From: an uncultured Chloroflexia bacterium
GTDB lineage: Bacteria; Chloroflexota; Limnocylindria; Limnocylindrales; CSP1-4
Assembly: GCA_963797685.1 (NCBI GenBank)
Contig: CAWCQK010000004.1
Location: 2,444 to 66,443 of the forward strand
Length of the DNA: 64,000 nt
Direction of reading: 5' to 3'
Shown here: positions 55,006 to 64,000 of the stretch, piece by piece
How the letters are laid out: the number at the start of each line of letters is the position of its first letter
How positions within the stretch are numbered: the stretch's first letter is position 1
Position numbers and translations under genes: made by a program
Notes under the pieces: model-generated
Seen by the model: only the letters and a program-made list of their open reading frames with translations
What the model was told of the DNA's origin: nothing
Databases searched by the model: none

Positions 55006-57577
55006 CGGATCACCAGGTTGACCAGCTTGCCGCCGCCGGCCACGACGATCCGGTCCGGCGTGCGCCCGTCGAGGATCGCCCGGACCCGCTCGCGAGGCGA
55101 GGACGGCGGCCTCGATCTCCGCGGTCGTGGCGTCCGCGGCGACGACGACCTTGTCGCGCAGCTTGCCGTTGACCTGGACGGGGATCTCGCGGGTGGACTC
55201 GACGACCGCGGTCGAGTCGACCTCCGGCCACCGTTCCGTGTGGACCGAGGTCCACGGCATGCCCGCCGCGGCCAGGCGCCGGCTCCACAGCTCCTCGGCG
55301 ACGTGGGGAGCGGCAGGCGCGAGCATCAACAGCATCAGGCGGACCGCCTCGTCCCATGCCGGCGTCCCGGCCGCGGACGTGCCGCGGTAGCGGAACAGGG
55401 TGTTGGCCAGCTCCATGAGCTTGGCGACCATGACGTTGAACCGGAAGCCCTCGTAATCGGCGGTCACATCACGGAGCGTGCGATGGGCCGCCGCGCGCAG
55501 GGCCGTGGCCGCGTCCGCATCGGTCTGGCCCGCCGGGCAGGGTCCCCGACTCGGGATCGCCCGGCCTCGCGACCATGCGGATCGAGGGCGATGCGTCCAG
55601 ACCCGGTTCAGGAAGCGATGGACCCCACCGATCCCGGTCGGGCTCCACGGCCCACCCTGGTCCCACGGCCCCATGAACATCAGGAACAGCCGGATCGGAG
55701 TCGGCGCCGTAGCGGGCGACCAGATCGTCCGGGTCCTGGGTGTTGCCGCGCGACTTCGACATCCGCTCGCCGTCGGCGCCCAGGATCTGGCCCTGGTTGA
55801 ACAGCCGCTTCCACGGCTCGTTCTGCTGGATCAGCCCGACGTCGCGCATCATCTTGGTGAACTCGCGGGCATACAGCAGGTGCATGACGGCGTGCTCGGC
55901 GCCGCCGGTGTACTGCTCGACCGGCGTCCAGCCCTCGACCAGGTCGGGTCGAACGGGCGCGTCCGGCTTGTGCGGCGACAGGTAGCGATACCAGTACCAG
56001 CTCGAGTCCACGAACGTGTCCATCGTGTCGGTCTCGCGCTTGGCCGGCCCGCCGCACGTGGGGCAGGTCACGTTCAGGAACGCCTCGTCGCGGGTCAACG
56101 GGTTCACGCCGCTGCCCTCGTAGTCGACGGTGTCGGGCAGCAGGACGGGCAGGTCCTCGTCGGGTACGGGCACGATGCCGCAGGTCGGGCAGTGGATGAC
56201 CGGGATCGGCGTGCCCCAGTAGCGCTGGCGGCTGATCAGCCAGTCGCGCAGCCGATAGGTGACGGCCGCCTTGCCCGCGTCTCGCGACTGCGAGCTCGGC
56301 GACGATCCGGCGGCCGCCCTCGTCGGCCGGCAGACCGCTGTACGGGCCGCTGTTGACGAGGGTCTCCCCGGCCGAATGGGCGATGTAGCGCGGCGTCGAG
56401 CTCGGCTGCCTCGTCGCCCGGCGCCGCGACGACACGGCGGATCGGCAGCCCGAACTTCTCGGCGAACGCGTAGTCGCGTTCGTCGTGGGCGGGGACGGCC
56501 ATGATCGCGCCGGTCCCGTAGCCGGCCAGGACATAGTCGGCGACGAAGATCGGGATCCGCTCGCCGTTGATCGGGTTGATCGCGTCCGCGCCCAGCGCGA
56601 CGCCGGTCTTCTCGCGGTCGGTCGACAGGCGATCGATCTCGGTGCGGGTCGCCGGCCTGGGCGACATACGCCTCGACCTCGGCACGGCGCTCCGGCGCGG
56701 TCAGCGTCGCGACCAGCGGGTGCTCGGGCGCGAGGACCATGAACGTCGCCCCGAACAGGGTGTCCGGTCGGGTGGTGAAGACGCGCAGCTCCTCGCCGCC
56801 GGCGTGGTGCTCGGACGGCGCAGTCGCGAACACGACCTCGCCGCCCTCGGACCGGCCGATCCAGTTGGTCTGCATGGTCTTGATCGGCTCAGGGAAGTCG
56901 ATGCCGCCGTAGTCGAGCAGCTCGTCGGCGTACTTCGTGACCCGCAGGTACCACTGGTCGAGGACGCGCTTCTCGACCTTCGCGCCGCAGCGCCAGCAGT
57001 GGCGATCGGCGCCCTCGACCTGCTCGCGGGCGAGCGTCCCGTCGTTCGGGCACCAGTCCACCGGCGACTTCGCCCGATAGGCCAGGCCCGCCTCGAGGAA
57101 CCGCAGGAACAGCCACTGGTTCCACTGGTAGTACTCGGGCTCGCAGGTCACGACCTCGGCCGACCAGTCGAACATCGCGCCCATCGAGCGGAACTGGCGG
57201 CGCATGTTGTCGATGTTCCGCATCGTCCATTCGCGCGGGTTGAAGCCGCCCTTGATGGCCGCGTTCTCTGCCGGCAGCCCGAACGCGTCGAAACCGATCG
57301 GGAGGAACACGTTCTTGCCGTGCATCCGCTGGAACCGGGCCAGCGCGTCGGTGGGCGTGACGATGTACCAGTGGCCGATGTGGAGGTCGCCCGACGGGTA
57401 TGGATACATCGTCAGGAGGTAGTAGCGATCGCGGGCAGCGGCCAGGTCCGTGTCGTGCATCGCGAGCTCGTCCCAGCGCGCCTGCCAGCGTGGCTCGATG
57501 GCGGTCGCGTCGTAGCGCTCGATCCGGCTGCGCGCCTCGGTCGGCTCGGTCGTGTCGGTGGTGTCGGTGTCGGTCAC
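55002..57577 (-). pseudogene. leuS: leucine--tRNA ligase, interrupted by at least 5 frameshifts
   Basis: HIGH motif PYPSGDLHIGHW, CP1 editing region and KMSKS motif ERMSKSRGN are all present. The protein is spread over six frame segments with joins near 56651-56656, 56388-56391, 56285-56290, 55695-55697 and 55088-55098. The C-terminus KLVNLVIR* ends at 55002. The start is GTG 57577, downstream of the tRNA. Confidence 0.9.
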
Positions 57578-57646
57578 GCGGTCCTCGGAGACGTGACACC
57601 CCCCGCCGCGCCGGCGAGGGGTGGGGGTCGGCGCTTGTGTCGCGGT

Positions 57647-57722
57647 TGGTGGAGCTACGGGGACTCGAACCCCGGACCCCCTGCATGCCATGCAGGTGCT
57701 CTTCCAGCTGAGCTATAGCCCC
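57647..57722 (-). tRNA. tRNA-Ala (anticodon GGC), CCA encoded
   Basis: Hand-folded cloverleaf: GGGGCUA/UAGCUCC acceptor with G3:U70, D arm GCUC-AGCUGGAA-GAGC, anticodon arm CCUGC-AUGGCAU-GCAGG, T arm CGGGG-UUCGAGU-CCCCG, then A73-CCA. 76 nt. Confidence 0.93.
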
Positions 57723-57804
57723 ACGGAAGGCGGAGTCTACCAGAGGCGACCGCTCGGTCCGGAACGCCGGGCTGGTGCCGGTGCGAACGTGTCACCATCG
57801 GGAC

Positions 57805-59421
57805 ATGACCGCGTTCGACCTGTTGCTCCGTGGCGGGACCGTGGTCGACGGCACCGGGCGGCCGGGCGTTCGGGCGGACGTGGGCGTCCTCGGCGACCGG
57901 ATCATCGCCGTCGGCGACCTGGCCGCGATCGATGACGGCGAGGTCGCGACCGTGATCGACGCCGGCGGCCGGGTGGTTGCTCCCGGGTTCGTCGACCCGC
58001 ACGGCCATTCCGACGGGTCGCTGTTCGTCGACGGGGCGCTGGCCAGCCACCTGCACCAGGGCTACACCACGCAGCTGTCGGGGAACTGCGGGGACACCCT
58101 GGCCCCGATCACTCCCCGCGGTCGCGAGATCGTCGAGCTGTCGCTGCGCCCGAACCAGCTCGTCGCACGGTGGGAGACGTTCGGCGAGTACCTCGATGCG
58201 GTCGCGGAGCAGCAGCTCGGGCCGAACGTGGCCTGCCTGGTCGGCCATGGGACAGTGCGGGCCGCGGTCGTCGGGACCGAGGCGCGGCCGCCGACGCCCG
58301 ACGAGCTGGCGGCCATGGTCGCCGAGGTCGAGGCGGCCCTCGACGCCGGCGCGACCGGCCTGTCGACCGGGCTCATCTACGCACCGGGGCTCCACGCGGC
58401 CCCGAGCGAGGTCGAGACCCTCGTGGCGGCGACCGCGCGGCGGGGCGGCCTGTATGCGACCCATATGCGCAACGAGGCGGCCGAGCTGTTCGCATCGCTC
58501 GACGAATCGGTCGCCGCCGTCCGTTCCGCCGGCGCAGGCGCACGGCTCCAGGTCTCGCACCTCAAGTGCGGCTCGCGTGCGGTCTGGGGCCGCGCCGGCG
58601 AGGCGGTCGCCCGTCTCGAGGCCGCCCGCGCGGACGGCCTCGACGTGGCCGCCGACCAGTATCCGTACACGGCCGCCGCCACGACCCTGGCGACGATCCT
58701 GCCGCCGGCGTTGCAGGGCCTCGGTGTGGAAGCCTGTGTGGCCGCGTTGGCCGACCCCGACGTCCGCCTGCTGATCCGCGGCGAGATCGCCCGCGGCATC
58801 TCAGGCTGGGAGAACGTGGCTGCCGATCCCGGCTGGGAGGGTCTGCGGATCTCCTTCTCTCCGAGCTTCCCGGAATGGGCGGGCCGCTCGCTGGCGGACC
58901 TCGCCGATGAGCTTCATGCCGATCCGGCCGACCTCGCCTTCGACGCCCTCCTGGCCGACCGGCTCGACGTGTCGGTCGTCATCGACTGCATGGACGAGGA
59001 CGACGTCGAGACGATCATGGCCGTGCCCTGGATCGCGATCTGTACCGATGCGGAGGGGCGCCGCCCCGGCCACCCGGTCCTCGACGTCGGGCGGCCACAC
59101 CCGCGCACGTACGGGAGCACGGCGCGCGTGCTCGGGCATTACGTCCGCGAGCGCGCGATCCTGTCGCTCGAGACGGCCGTCGCCAAGCTCACGTCCGTCC
59201 CGGCCGCCCGACTTGGCCTGCGCGACCGGGGCGTCGTGCGCGAAGGCGCCTACGCGGACCTCGTCGTGTTCGACCCGGCGACGGTCGCCGACGTGGCGAC
59301 CTATACGGACCCGGTGCGCTACCCGATCGGCATCGACCATGTCGTGGTCAACGGCCGGCCGGCGATCGTCGACGGCGCCGAGACCGGCGAACGGCCGGGC
59401 CGCCTGCTCCGACGGTCGTGA
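57805..59421 (+). CDS. N-acyl-D-amino-acid deacylase (D-aminoacylase) family amidohydrolase
   Basis: LLLRGGTVVDGTG...APGFVDPHGHSD metal site, YATHMRNE, VSHLKC, and C-terminal YADLVVFDP are the family pattern. Confidence 0.88.
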   Translation: MTAFDLLLRGGTVVDGTGRPGVRADVGVLGDRIIAVGDLAAIDDGEVATVIDAGGRVVAPGFVDPHGHSDGSLFVDGALASHLHQGYTTQLSGNCGDTLAPITPRGREIVELSLRPNQLVARWETFGEYLDAVAEQQLGPNVACLVGHGTVRAAVVGTEARPPTPDELAAMVAEVEAALDAGATGLSTGLIYAPGLHAAPSEVETLVAATARRGGLYATHMRNEAAELFASLDESVAAVRSAGAGARLQVSHLKCGSRAVWGRAGEAVARLEAARADGLDVAADQYPYTAAATTLATILPPALQGLGVEACVAALADPDVRLLIRGEIARGISGWENVAADPGWEGLRISFSPSFPEWAGRSLADLADELHADPADLAFDALLADRLDVSVVIDCMDEDDVETIMAVPWIAICTDAEGRRPGHPVLDVGRPHPRTYGSTARVLGHYVRERAILSLETAVAKLTSVPAARLGLRDRGVVREGAYADLVVFDPATVADVATYTDPVRYPIGIDHVVVNGRPAIVDGAETGERPGRLLRRS

Positions 59422-60279
59422 CGGGGGGGACGCGCCACCTCGGATCGGCCACTCCCGTCTCTGCTACCGCCTGTGCCTCAGCCTCGGCCACCGAGACCCC
59501 GGCCGTCGTCCGGCTGCCCGGCGGCCCACTGGCCTACACCCTGCGGCGCTCGCCGCGGTCACGAGGGCTGCGGGTCGTCATCCACCCGGACCGAGGTGTG
59601 GTGGTGACCGTGCCGGCGGCCGGCCGACGCGGCTGGTCGGATCCGGAGCGCCACGTGCACGACTTCCTCGCCGACCGCGAACCGTGGCTGCGCCGTCACC
59701 TCGCGCGGCAGGCGACCGACCGCGCGGAGCTCGCCGCACGCGGCGGCCTGCGCGACGGCGCCGCCATCCGGTTCCGGGGAGAGCTCCATCGCCTGCGCCT
59801 CGTCCCGGCTCGCGCCGGGCTCCGGCGCTCGAGCGTGGAGCGGATCGGTGGCGCGGCCGAGGACGAGATCATCGTTCACGTCGCAGCGGCCGACCGCCGC
59901 TCGATCGGGGCGGTCCTCGAGGCGTGGCTGAGACCCCGGGCGCGAAGCGCCATCGAGCGCGAGATCGGCCGCCATGCCGCGGACCTTGCGGGTGACGCCC
60001 GCGGCGATCACCATCCGCGACCAGCGCACCCGCTGGGGGAGCGCGTCGAAACAGGGCCGGCTGGCGTTCTCGTGGCGGCTCATCCTCGCTCCGCCCGAGG
60101 CGCTCGAGACGGTCGTCATCCATGAGCTGGCCCACTTGCGCGTGTTCGGCCACGGCCCGCGCTTCTGGGCGCTCGTCGCGTCGCGCCGGCCGGACCACAA
60201 GGCATGGCGGCGATGGCTGCACGACCACTCGACCGAGCTCCACGCCGCGCTCGACGAAACGACTGACCACCCGCGTTGA
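59418..60279 (+). pseudogene. M48 family metallopeptidase (YgjP/DUF45-like), frameshift near 59987-59993
   Basis: The N-terminal part is in ORF 59418..60125. The conserved ...ITIRDQRTRWGSASKQGRLAFSWRLILAPPEALETVVIHELAHL (HExxH) continues in ORF 59974..60279. The join lies at gaccttGCGGGTGacg. Confidence 0.82.
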
Positions 60280-60289
60280 CGGCCGCGGG

Positions 60290-61414
60290 TCAGGTCATCG
60301 AGACAGGCTCTTCCAACGGACCGCGCAGCCCGACGACGTTGAACGCCGTGACCGGCCGCTGGAAACCGGTCAGGTCCAGCTCGCCGATGAGCTCGACGTC
60401 GACGTCGTCCTCGACCTCGGCGTGGAGACGCTGCGAGATCAGGATCTGCCCGCCCAGCGCCCGGTCGGCCAGTCGCGAGGCGAGATTGGTCACCCCGCCG
60501 ATCGCCGCGTAGTCGGAGCGCGCCTCGAAGCCGACCTCGCCGCAGGTCGCATAGCCGAGCGCGATGCCGATCCCCAGATCGAGGTCATGGCCACGCTTCC
60601 GCCACTGCGGTGCCAGATGGCCCGTCTCCTCGCGGAGCGCGCAGCTCATCTGCACCGCCCGGAGCGGGGCGTCCGGGATCTCGATCGGATCGTTGAAGAA
60701 GAGCTGGACGCCGTCTCCCTCGAGGAAACCGACGGTCGCCTCGAAGCGGGTCACGAGCCGACCGATCGTCTCGTGGAATTCTCCGAGCACACGCATGAGC
60801 TCCTCTGGTTCGACCGCGTCGACGAAGCTGGTCCAGCCGCGCAGGTCGGCAAAGATCATCGAGACCTCGCGTCGATGGCTGGCCAGGATCAATTCGCCAC
60901 CCGACGTGATGATCGCCTCCGCGAGCTGCGGCGAGAGGAACCGTTGGAGCCGCCGCACCCGCGCCAGCTCCGCGACCTGTTGCCGCACCCGCGCGTCGAG
61001 CGTCCGGTTCAGATCCGTGATCGTGTCGTGGTAGCTCTTGATGCGAAGGAGCGAGTGGACGCGCGCAAAGAGCTCGTCGTGATCGAACGGCTTCGCGATG
61101 AAGTCGTCGGCGCCCGCTTCGAGGCCCTTGGCCTTCTCCGGCCCGACGGCCGCCGTCAGCATGATCACGGGCAGCATGGCCGTCTCTTCGTTCGCGCGGA
61201 GCTGTCGACAGACGGCGTAGCCATCGGGCGGCGGCATCAGGACGTCCAGGAGGACGAGATCTGGTTTGCCTGCCGCGATCAGCTCGAGCGCGGAGTCGCC
61301 GTCGCCAGCCGACAGGACGTCATAGCCGCGGGAGGTGAGCAACGCCTCCAGCAGACGCACGTTCCCCGGGACGTCGTCCACGACGAGGATCCGGGCGGAC
61401 CCGTCGGGTGTCAA
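60290..61414 (-). CDS. response regulator receiver domain fused to a class III adenylate/guanylate cyclase
   Basis: REC domain ILVVDDVPGN...DLVLLDVLMP...FIAKPF, a coiled linker, then the cyclase domain VSMIFADLRGWT...GDGVQLFF...IGIALGYATCGEVG...YAAIGGVTNLASRL. TTG start overlaps the upstream stop. Confidence 0.88.
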   Translation of the reverse strand: MTPDGSARILVVDDVPGNVRLLEALLTSRGYDVLSAGDGDSALELIAAGKPDLVLLDVLMPPPDGYAVCRQLRANEETAMLPVIMLTAAVGPEKAKGLEAGADDFIAKPFDHDELFARVHSLLRIKSYHDTITDLNRTLDARVRQQVAELARVRRLQRFLSPQLAEAIITSGGELILASHRREVSMIFADLRGWTSFVDAVEPEELMRVLGEFHETIGRLVTRFEATVGFLEGDGVQLFFNDPIEIPDAPLRAVQMSCALREETGHLAPQWRKRGHDLDLGIGIALGYATCGEVGFEARSDYAAIGGVTNLASRLADRALGGQILISQRLHAEVEDDVDVELIGELDLTGFQRPVTAFNVVGLRGPLEEPVSMT

Positions 61415-61791
61415 TCGTCGCCTCCCTCGCAGTGCTGCCTGACGATGTCGAGGAGGCCGTCGACGTCCACGGGCTTCGCGAGATATCCGTCGAAACCGGC
61501 GGCCGTGAAGCGCTCACGGTCCCCGCGCATCGCCTGGGCGGTCACCGCGAGCACGGGGATCGCGGCGGTGCGTTCGTCCAGCCGCAGCCGGCCCAGGGCC
61601 TCGAGGCCGTCCATGTCGGGCAGCTGGATATCCATCAGCACGAGAGCGGGTCGATGCTCGGTCGCAAGGGCCAGCGCCTGCCCCCCGGTCGATGCCTCGA
61701 GGGTGTCGTACCCGGTCGCCTGGAGCACGTCGCGAAACAGCTTCATGTTCCTGTCGTTGTCCTCGACCACGAGGATCTGCCTGCCGGCCAC
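61411..61791 (-). CDS. single-domain (CheY-like) response regulator
   Basis: ILVVEDNDRN...ALVLMDIQLPDMDG...PVLAVTA...YLAKP are the receiver-domain hallmarks. 126 aa with no output domain. Confidence 0.9.
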   Translation of the reverse strand: MAGRQILVVEDNDRNMKLFRDVLQATGYDTLEASTGGQALALATEHRPALVLMDIQLPDMDGLEALGRLRLDERTAAIPVLAVTAQAMRGDRERFTAAGFDGYLAKPVDVDGLLDIVRQHCEGGDD

Positions 61792-61793
61792 GG

Positions 61794-63671
61794 CTATGCC
61801 TGTCGTGCCGGGAGGGTGAACACGAACGTGCTGCCTCGGCCGCGTTCGCTGTCGACCCAGATCCGGCCGCCATGCAGTTCGACGAGGCGCTTGGACAATG
61901 CCAACCCGAGGCCGGTCCCCTCCATCTGCTCCTTGCCCGCTTCGGCCTGCTGGAACTCCTCGAAGATCCGGTCCTGGTCCTCAGGAGCGATGCCCGGCCC
62001 CGTATCGGTGACAGAGACGAGCACTTCGCCATCGCGCCGCGCTGCCGCGACGTCGACGGTGCCGCCGGCCGGCGTGAACTTCACCGCATTCGACAGGAGA
62101 TTGAAGATCACCTGCACGACCCGGCGTTCGTCGCCGACCACGGTCTCGACGCCGGGCTCGGACGACAGCGACACGCTGACGCCTTCCCTGGTCGCTCGCT
62201 CGCGCACGATCACGACCCCGCGCTCGAGCGCCTCGGGGAGCGAGAAGGGCGCGACGTGAAGGTCGATCTGGCCGGCCTCGACCTTCGAGAGGTCGAGGAC
62301 GTCGTCGATCAGTGACTGCAGGTGGCGCGACGAATCGAGGATGTCGTCGAGGTATTCGGCCTGCTTCTCGTTGATCTCGCCGAAAAGCTGCTTCCGCAGC
62401 ACCTGGGAGAAGCCGCTGATAGCGTTCAGCGGGGTCCGCAGCTCGTGTGACATGTTGGCCAGGAACTCCGACTTGTGGCGACTGGCGGCCTCGAGCTGGC
62501 GGGTCTTCTCGTCCAGCTCCGCCAGGGCGCTGGCCAGCTCACGCGTCCGCTCCTGGACCTGCAGCTCGAGTCCCGCGTGGGACGCCTCGAGCTGGGCAGC
62601 CATCCGATTGAACTCGTCAGCCAGTGCCCCGAGCTCATCGCGGCTGGAGGTGTCGATCCGCTGATCGAGCGACCCCGAGCCGATCTTCGCCGCCGCGACC
62701 TGGATGGCCTCGATCGGCCTGGCCAGGTTCCGGGCGAGCAACACGCTCGTCGCGATCGCAACCAGGAGGAACACGATGAGGAGCGCCACCGTGCGCCAGA
62801 TCGAGGCCTGGATAGGTGCGAATGCCTCGCTCAGCGGCTCCTCGACGAACACCCGCCAGCCGGGCGGGTCCACCCTCTCGAACGCGCTCAGCACCTCGGT
62901 CCCCTGCGGATCGCGTCCGTCGGTGACCACGCCCTGGGCCGCCGCATCCGTCGTGAGGGCGGCGTGGACCTGCGGCAGCGCCCCGAGGTTGGTGGCGGCC
63001 AGGACGAGGTTGTTGTTCGCAGTGTGGGCGATGACCCCGCCGCCCGCATCGACGGCATAGGCGTAGCCCGCGGTGCCGATCTGAGCCCGACGGATCGCAT
63101 CGACGACCGCGCCCAGGTCGACATCGGCGACGATGACCCCGCCGCCCGGGGGCGCCTCGGCCACCGCGATGTCCATGTGTGGCCGGCCATCAGCCCCGAA
63201 GGCGACGTTGCCGAAATATCGTTGATCGGCCCGCGCAAGCCGGAACTCATCGCTACCCGAGTGGTCGCCCTGGCAGGTCACGGAGTCGAGCTGGTCGACC
63301 TCGGCCGCGTCAGAGTAGGTGTGCACGCAGTCCGCGCCCGCGGCGTCCAGGTACGTCAGTGCGCTGATCGCCCGCTGGCGCAGGAACAGGTTCTTGAATG
63401 ACCGCTCGCGCTCGGTTCCGGCCGTGTCGCCCGGGATCGCACTGGCGACGCCATCGAGATCGCCGCCCAGCTCATCGAGGAACTGGCGGATCGAGATGGC
63501 GGCGGACGACGCCTTGTCCGCCTCGGCCACCGTGACGGCCCGCTTGCTGTCCTGGTAGGAGAACCAGAACTCGCTGATCCCGACAGAGATGATGGCTGCC
63601 GCCACCAGCGTCCCGACGACAGCCACGTATCGCCAGACGAGGCGCCGATGCGGCCGTGCCGGCGTTGCCAC
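61794..63671 (-). CDS. sensor histidine kinase (extracytoplasmic Cache-like domain, HAMP, HisKA, HATPase_c)
   Basis: GTG 63671 with AGGAG 5 nt upstream. Two TM helices flank a roughly 270-aa external domain. HAMP (ARPIEAIQVAAAKIGSGSLDQRI), H-box FLANMSHELRTPLN, N/G boxes NLLSNAVKFT and DTGPGI...GTGLGLA. Confidence 0.9.
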   Translation of the reverse strand: MATPARPHRRLVWRYVAVVGTLVAAAIISVGISEFWFSYQDSKRAVTVAEADKASSAAISIRQFLDELGGDLDGVASAIPGDTAGTERERSFKNLFLRQRAISALTYLDAAGADCVHTYSDAAEVDQLDSVTCQGDHSGSDEFRLARADQRYFGNVAFGADGRPHMDIAVAEAPPGGGVIVADVDLGAVVDAIRRAQIGTAGYAYAVDAGGGVIAHTANNNLVLAATNLGALPQVHAALTTDAAAQGVVTDGRDPQGTEVLSAFERVDPPGWRVFVEEPLSEAFAPIQASIWRTVALLIVFLLVAIATSVLLARNLARPIEAIQVAAAKIGSGSLDQRIDTSSRDELGALADEFNRMAAQLEASHAGLELQVQERTRELASALAELDEKTRQLEAASRHKSEFLANMSHELRTPLNAISGFSQVLRKQLFGEINEKQAEYLDDILDSSRHLQSLIDDVLDLSKVEAGQIDLHVAPFSLPEALERGVVIVRERATREGVSVSLSSEPGVETVVGDERRVVQVIFNLLSNAVKFTPAGGTVDVAAARRDGEVLVSVTDTGPGIAPEDQDRIFEEFQQAEAGKEQMEGTGLGLALSKRLVELHGGRIWVDSERGRGSTFVFTLPARQA

Positions 63672-63694
63672 CTGCGCTCCTGCTTTCTGCGCGC

Positions 63695-64000
63695 CTACGG
63701 ATAGACCAGGTCGGCCTGCGAGATCACGTCGGGAGGGACCGTGATCCCCAATTCCGCCGCTCGCTTCAGGCTCAGGGCGAACACGACCTTGGGCACCTCC
63801 TGGGCGGGCAGGTCCCCGGGCTTGGCGCCCTTCAAGATGCTGTCGACGTACGGTGCGGCCGCGGTCCCGACGGGTGCCAGGTCGACGCCGAGCGAGAAGA
63901 GCGCGCCGCGGGCGTTCTGTTCCGGGTCGACCCACTGCTGCCGATGGGCCTGGACGGGAAGGTTCGCTGCTGCGGCGAGTGGGAGGATCGTCCCCGAGAA
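63695..64000 (-). CDS. ABC-transporter-type substrate-binding protein (ABC_sub_bind/PF04392-like), C-terminal fragment, gene continues beyond the window
   Basis: Hand translation of the minus strand ends ...SILKGAKPGDLPAQEVPKVVFALSLKRAAELGITVPPDVISQADLVYP* (TAG 63695-63697), matching the conserved C-terminus of that family. It is not in the ORF track because there is no start in the window. Confidence 0.65.
   Translation of the reverse strand, partial: FSGTILPLAAAANLPVQAHRQQWVDPEQNARGALFSLGVDLAPVGTAAAPYVDSILKGAKPGDLPAQEVPKVVFALSLKRAAELGITVPPDVISQADLVYP

Noticed and set aside
57541-57577. Hexanucleotide (GTGTCG/ACCGAC) repeat at the leuS 5' end
   Set aside because: It simply encodes a short Thr-Asp repeat (VTDTDTTDTT) at the N-terminus. 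It is too short and too in-frame to suggest a regulatory or slippage element without further evidence.
57578-57804. tRNA-Ala as an integration site for a mobile element
   Set aside because: I found no integrase, no direct repeat of the tRNA 3' end and no compositional break. The flanks are leuS and an amidohydrolase.

Overview
By eye this window is very GC-rich, with strong GC3 bias, many GTG/TTG starts and frequent ATGA/GTGA stop-start overlaps, consistent with a high-GC Terrabacteria-type chromosome (Actinomycetota/Chloroflexota-like). It looks like core chromosome plus metabolic islands; I found no transposase, integrase, CRISPR array or recognisable defence system. Contents: (1) small accessory enzymes (GrpB, P-loop kinase, GNAT, MBL hydrolase) at 1-6.4 kb. 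(2) A GMC flavoprotein, small subunit and aldehyde dehydrogenase, followed by a LacI-led CoA-transferase/enoyl-CoA hydratase/LLM/shikimate dehydrogenase/FAH/creatininase cluster (6.5-17.6 kb). (3) A large minus-strand sugar or amino-sugar locus (17.7-30.6 kb): nagA, GntR/HutC, ROK kinase, CUT2-type ABC transporter, SIS, deoC, TIM-barrel isomerase, Gfo/Idh/MocA and a divergent ROK regulator with a perfect dyad operator. (4) A lactonase/MetE-like/oxidoreductase cluster (30.6-35.3 kb). (5) Housekeeping genes in a Bacillus yqe-like arrangement: rho, LysM-M23, obg, nadD, rsfS, holA, a YqeK-like HD protein, comEC, comEA. (6) A signalling and envelope patch: membrane adenylate cyclase, a zinc-ribbon/TM/Pro-Thr/PASTA protein, msrB, and a small operon encoding a 38-aa membrane peptide missing from the ORF track, a 79-aa protein and a three-blade RSL/AAL-like lectin, opposite a CGNR regulator. 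(7) SPFH/NfeD, LLM, DUF1801-cupin, leuS, tRNA-Ala(GGC), D-aminoacylase and an M48 peptidase. (8) A binding protein/histidine kinase/CheY/receiver-cyclase module. The dominant anomaly is at least 13 single-base frameshifts in conserved genes, five of them in leuS, and 12 of the 13 look like 1-nt insertions. This most likely reflects consensus error. No clearly novel system is proven; the best candidates are the lectin operon, the PASTA protein next to the cyclase, and the receiver-cyclase phosphorelay.
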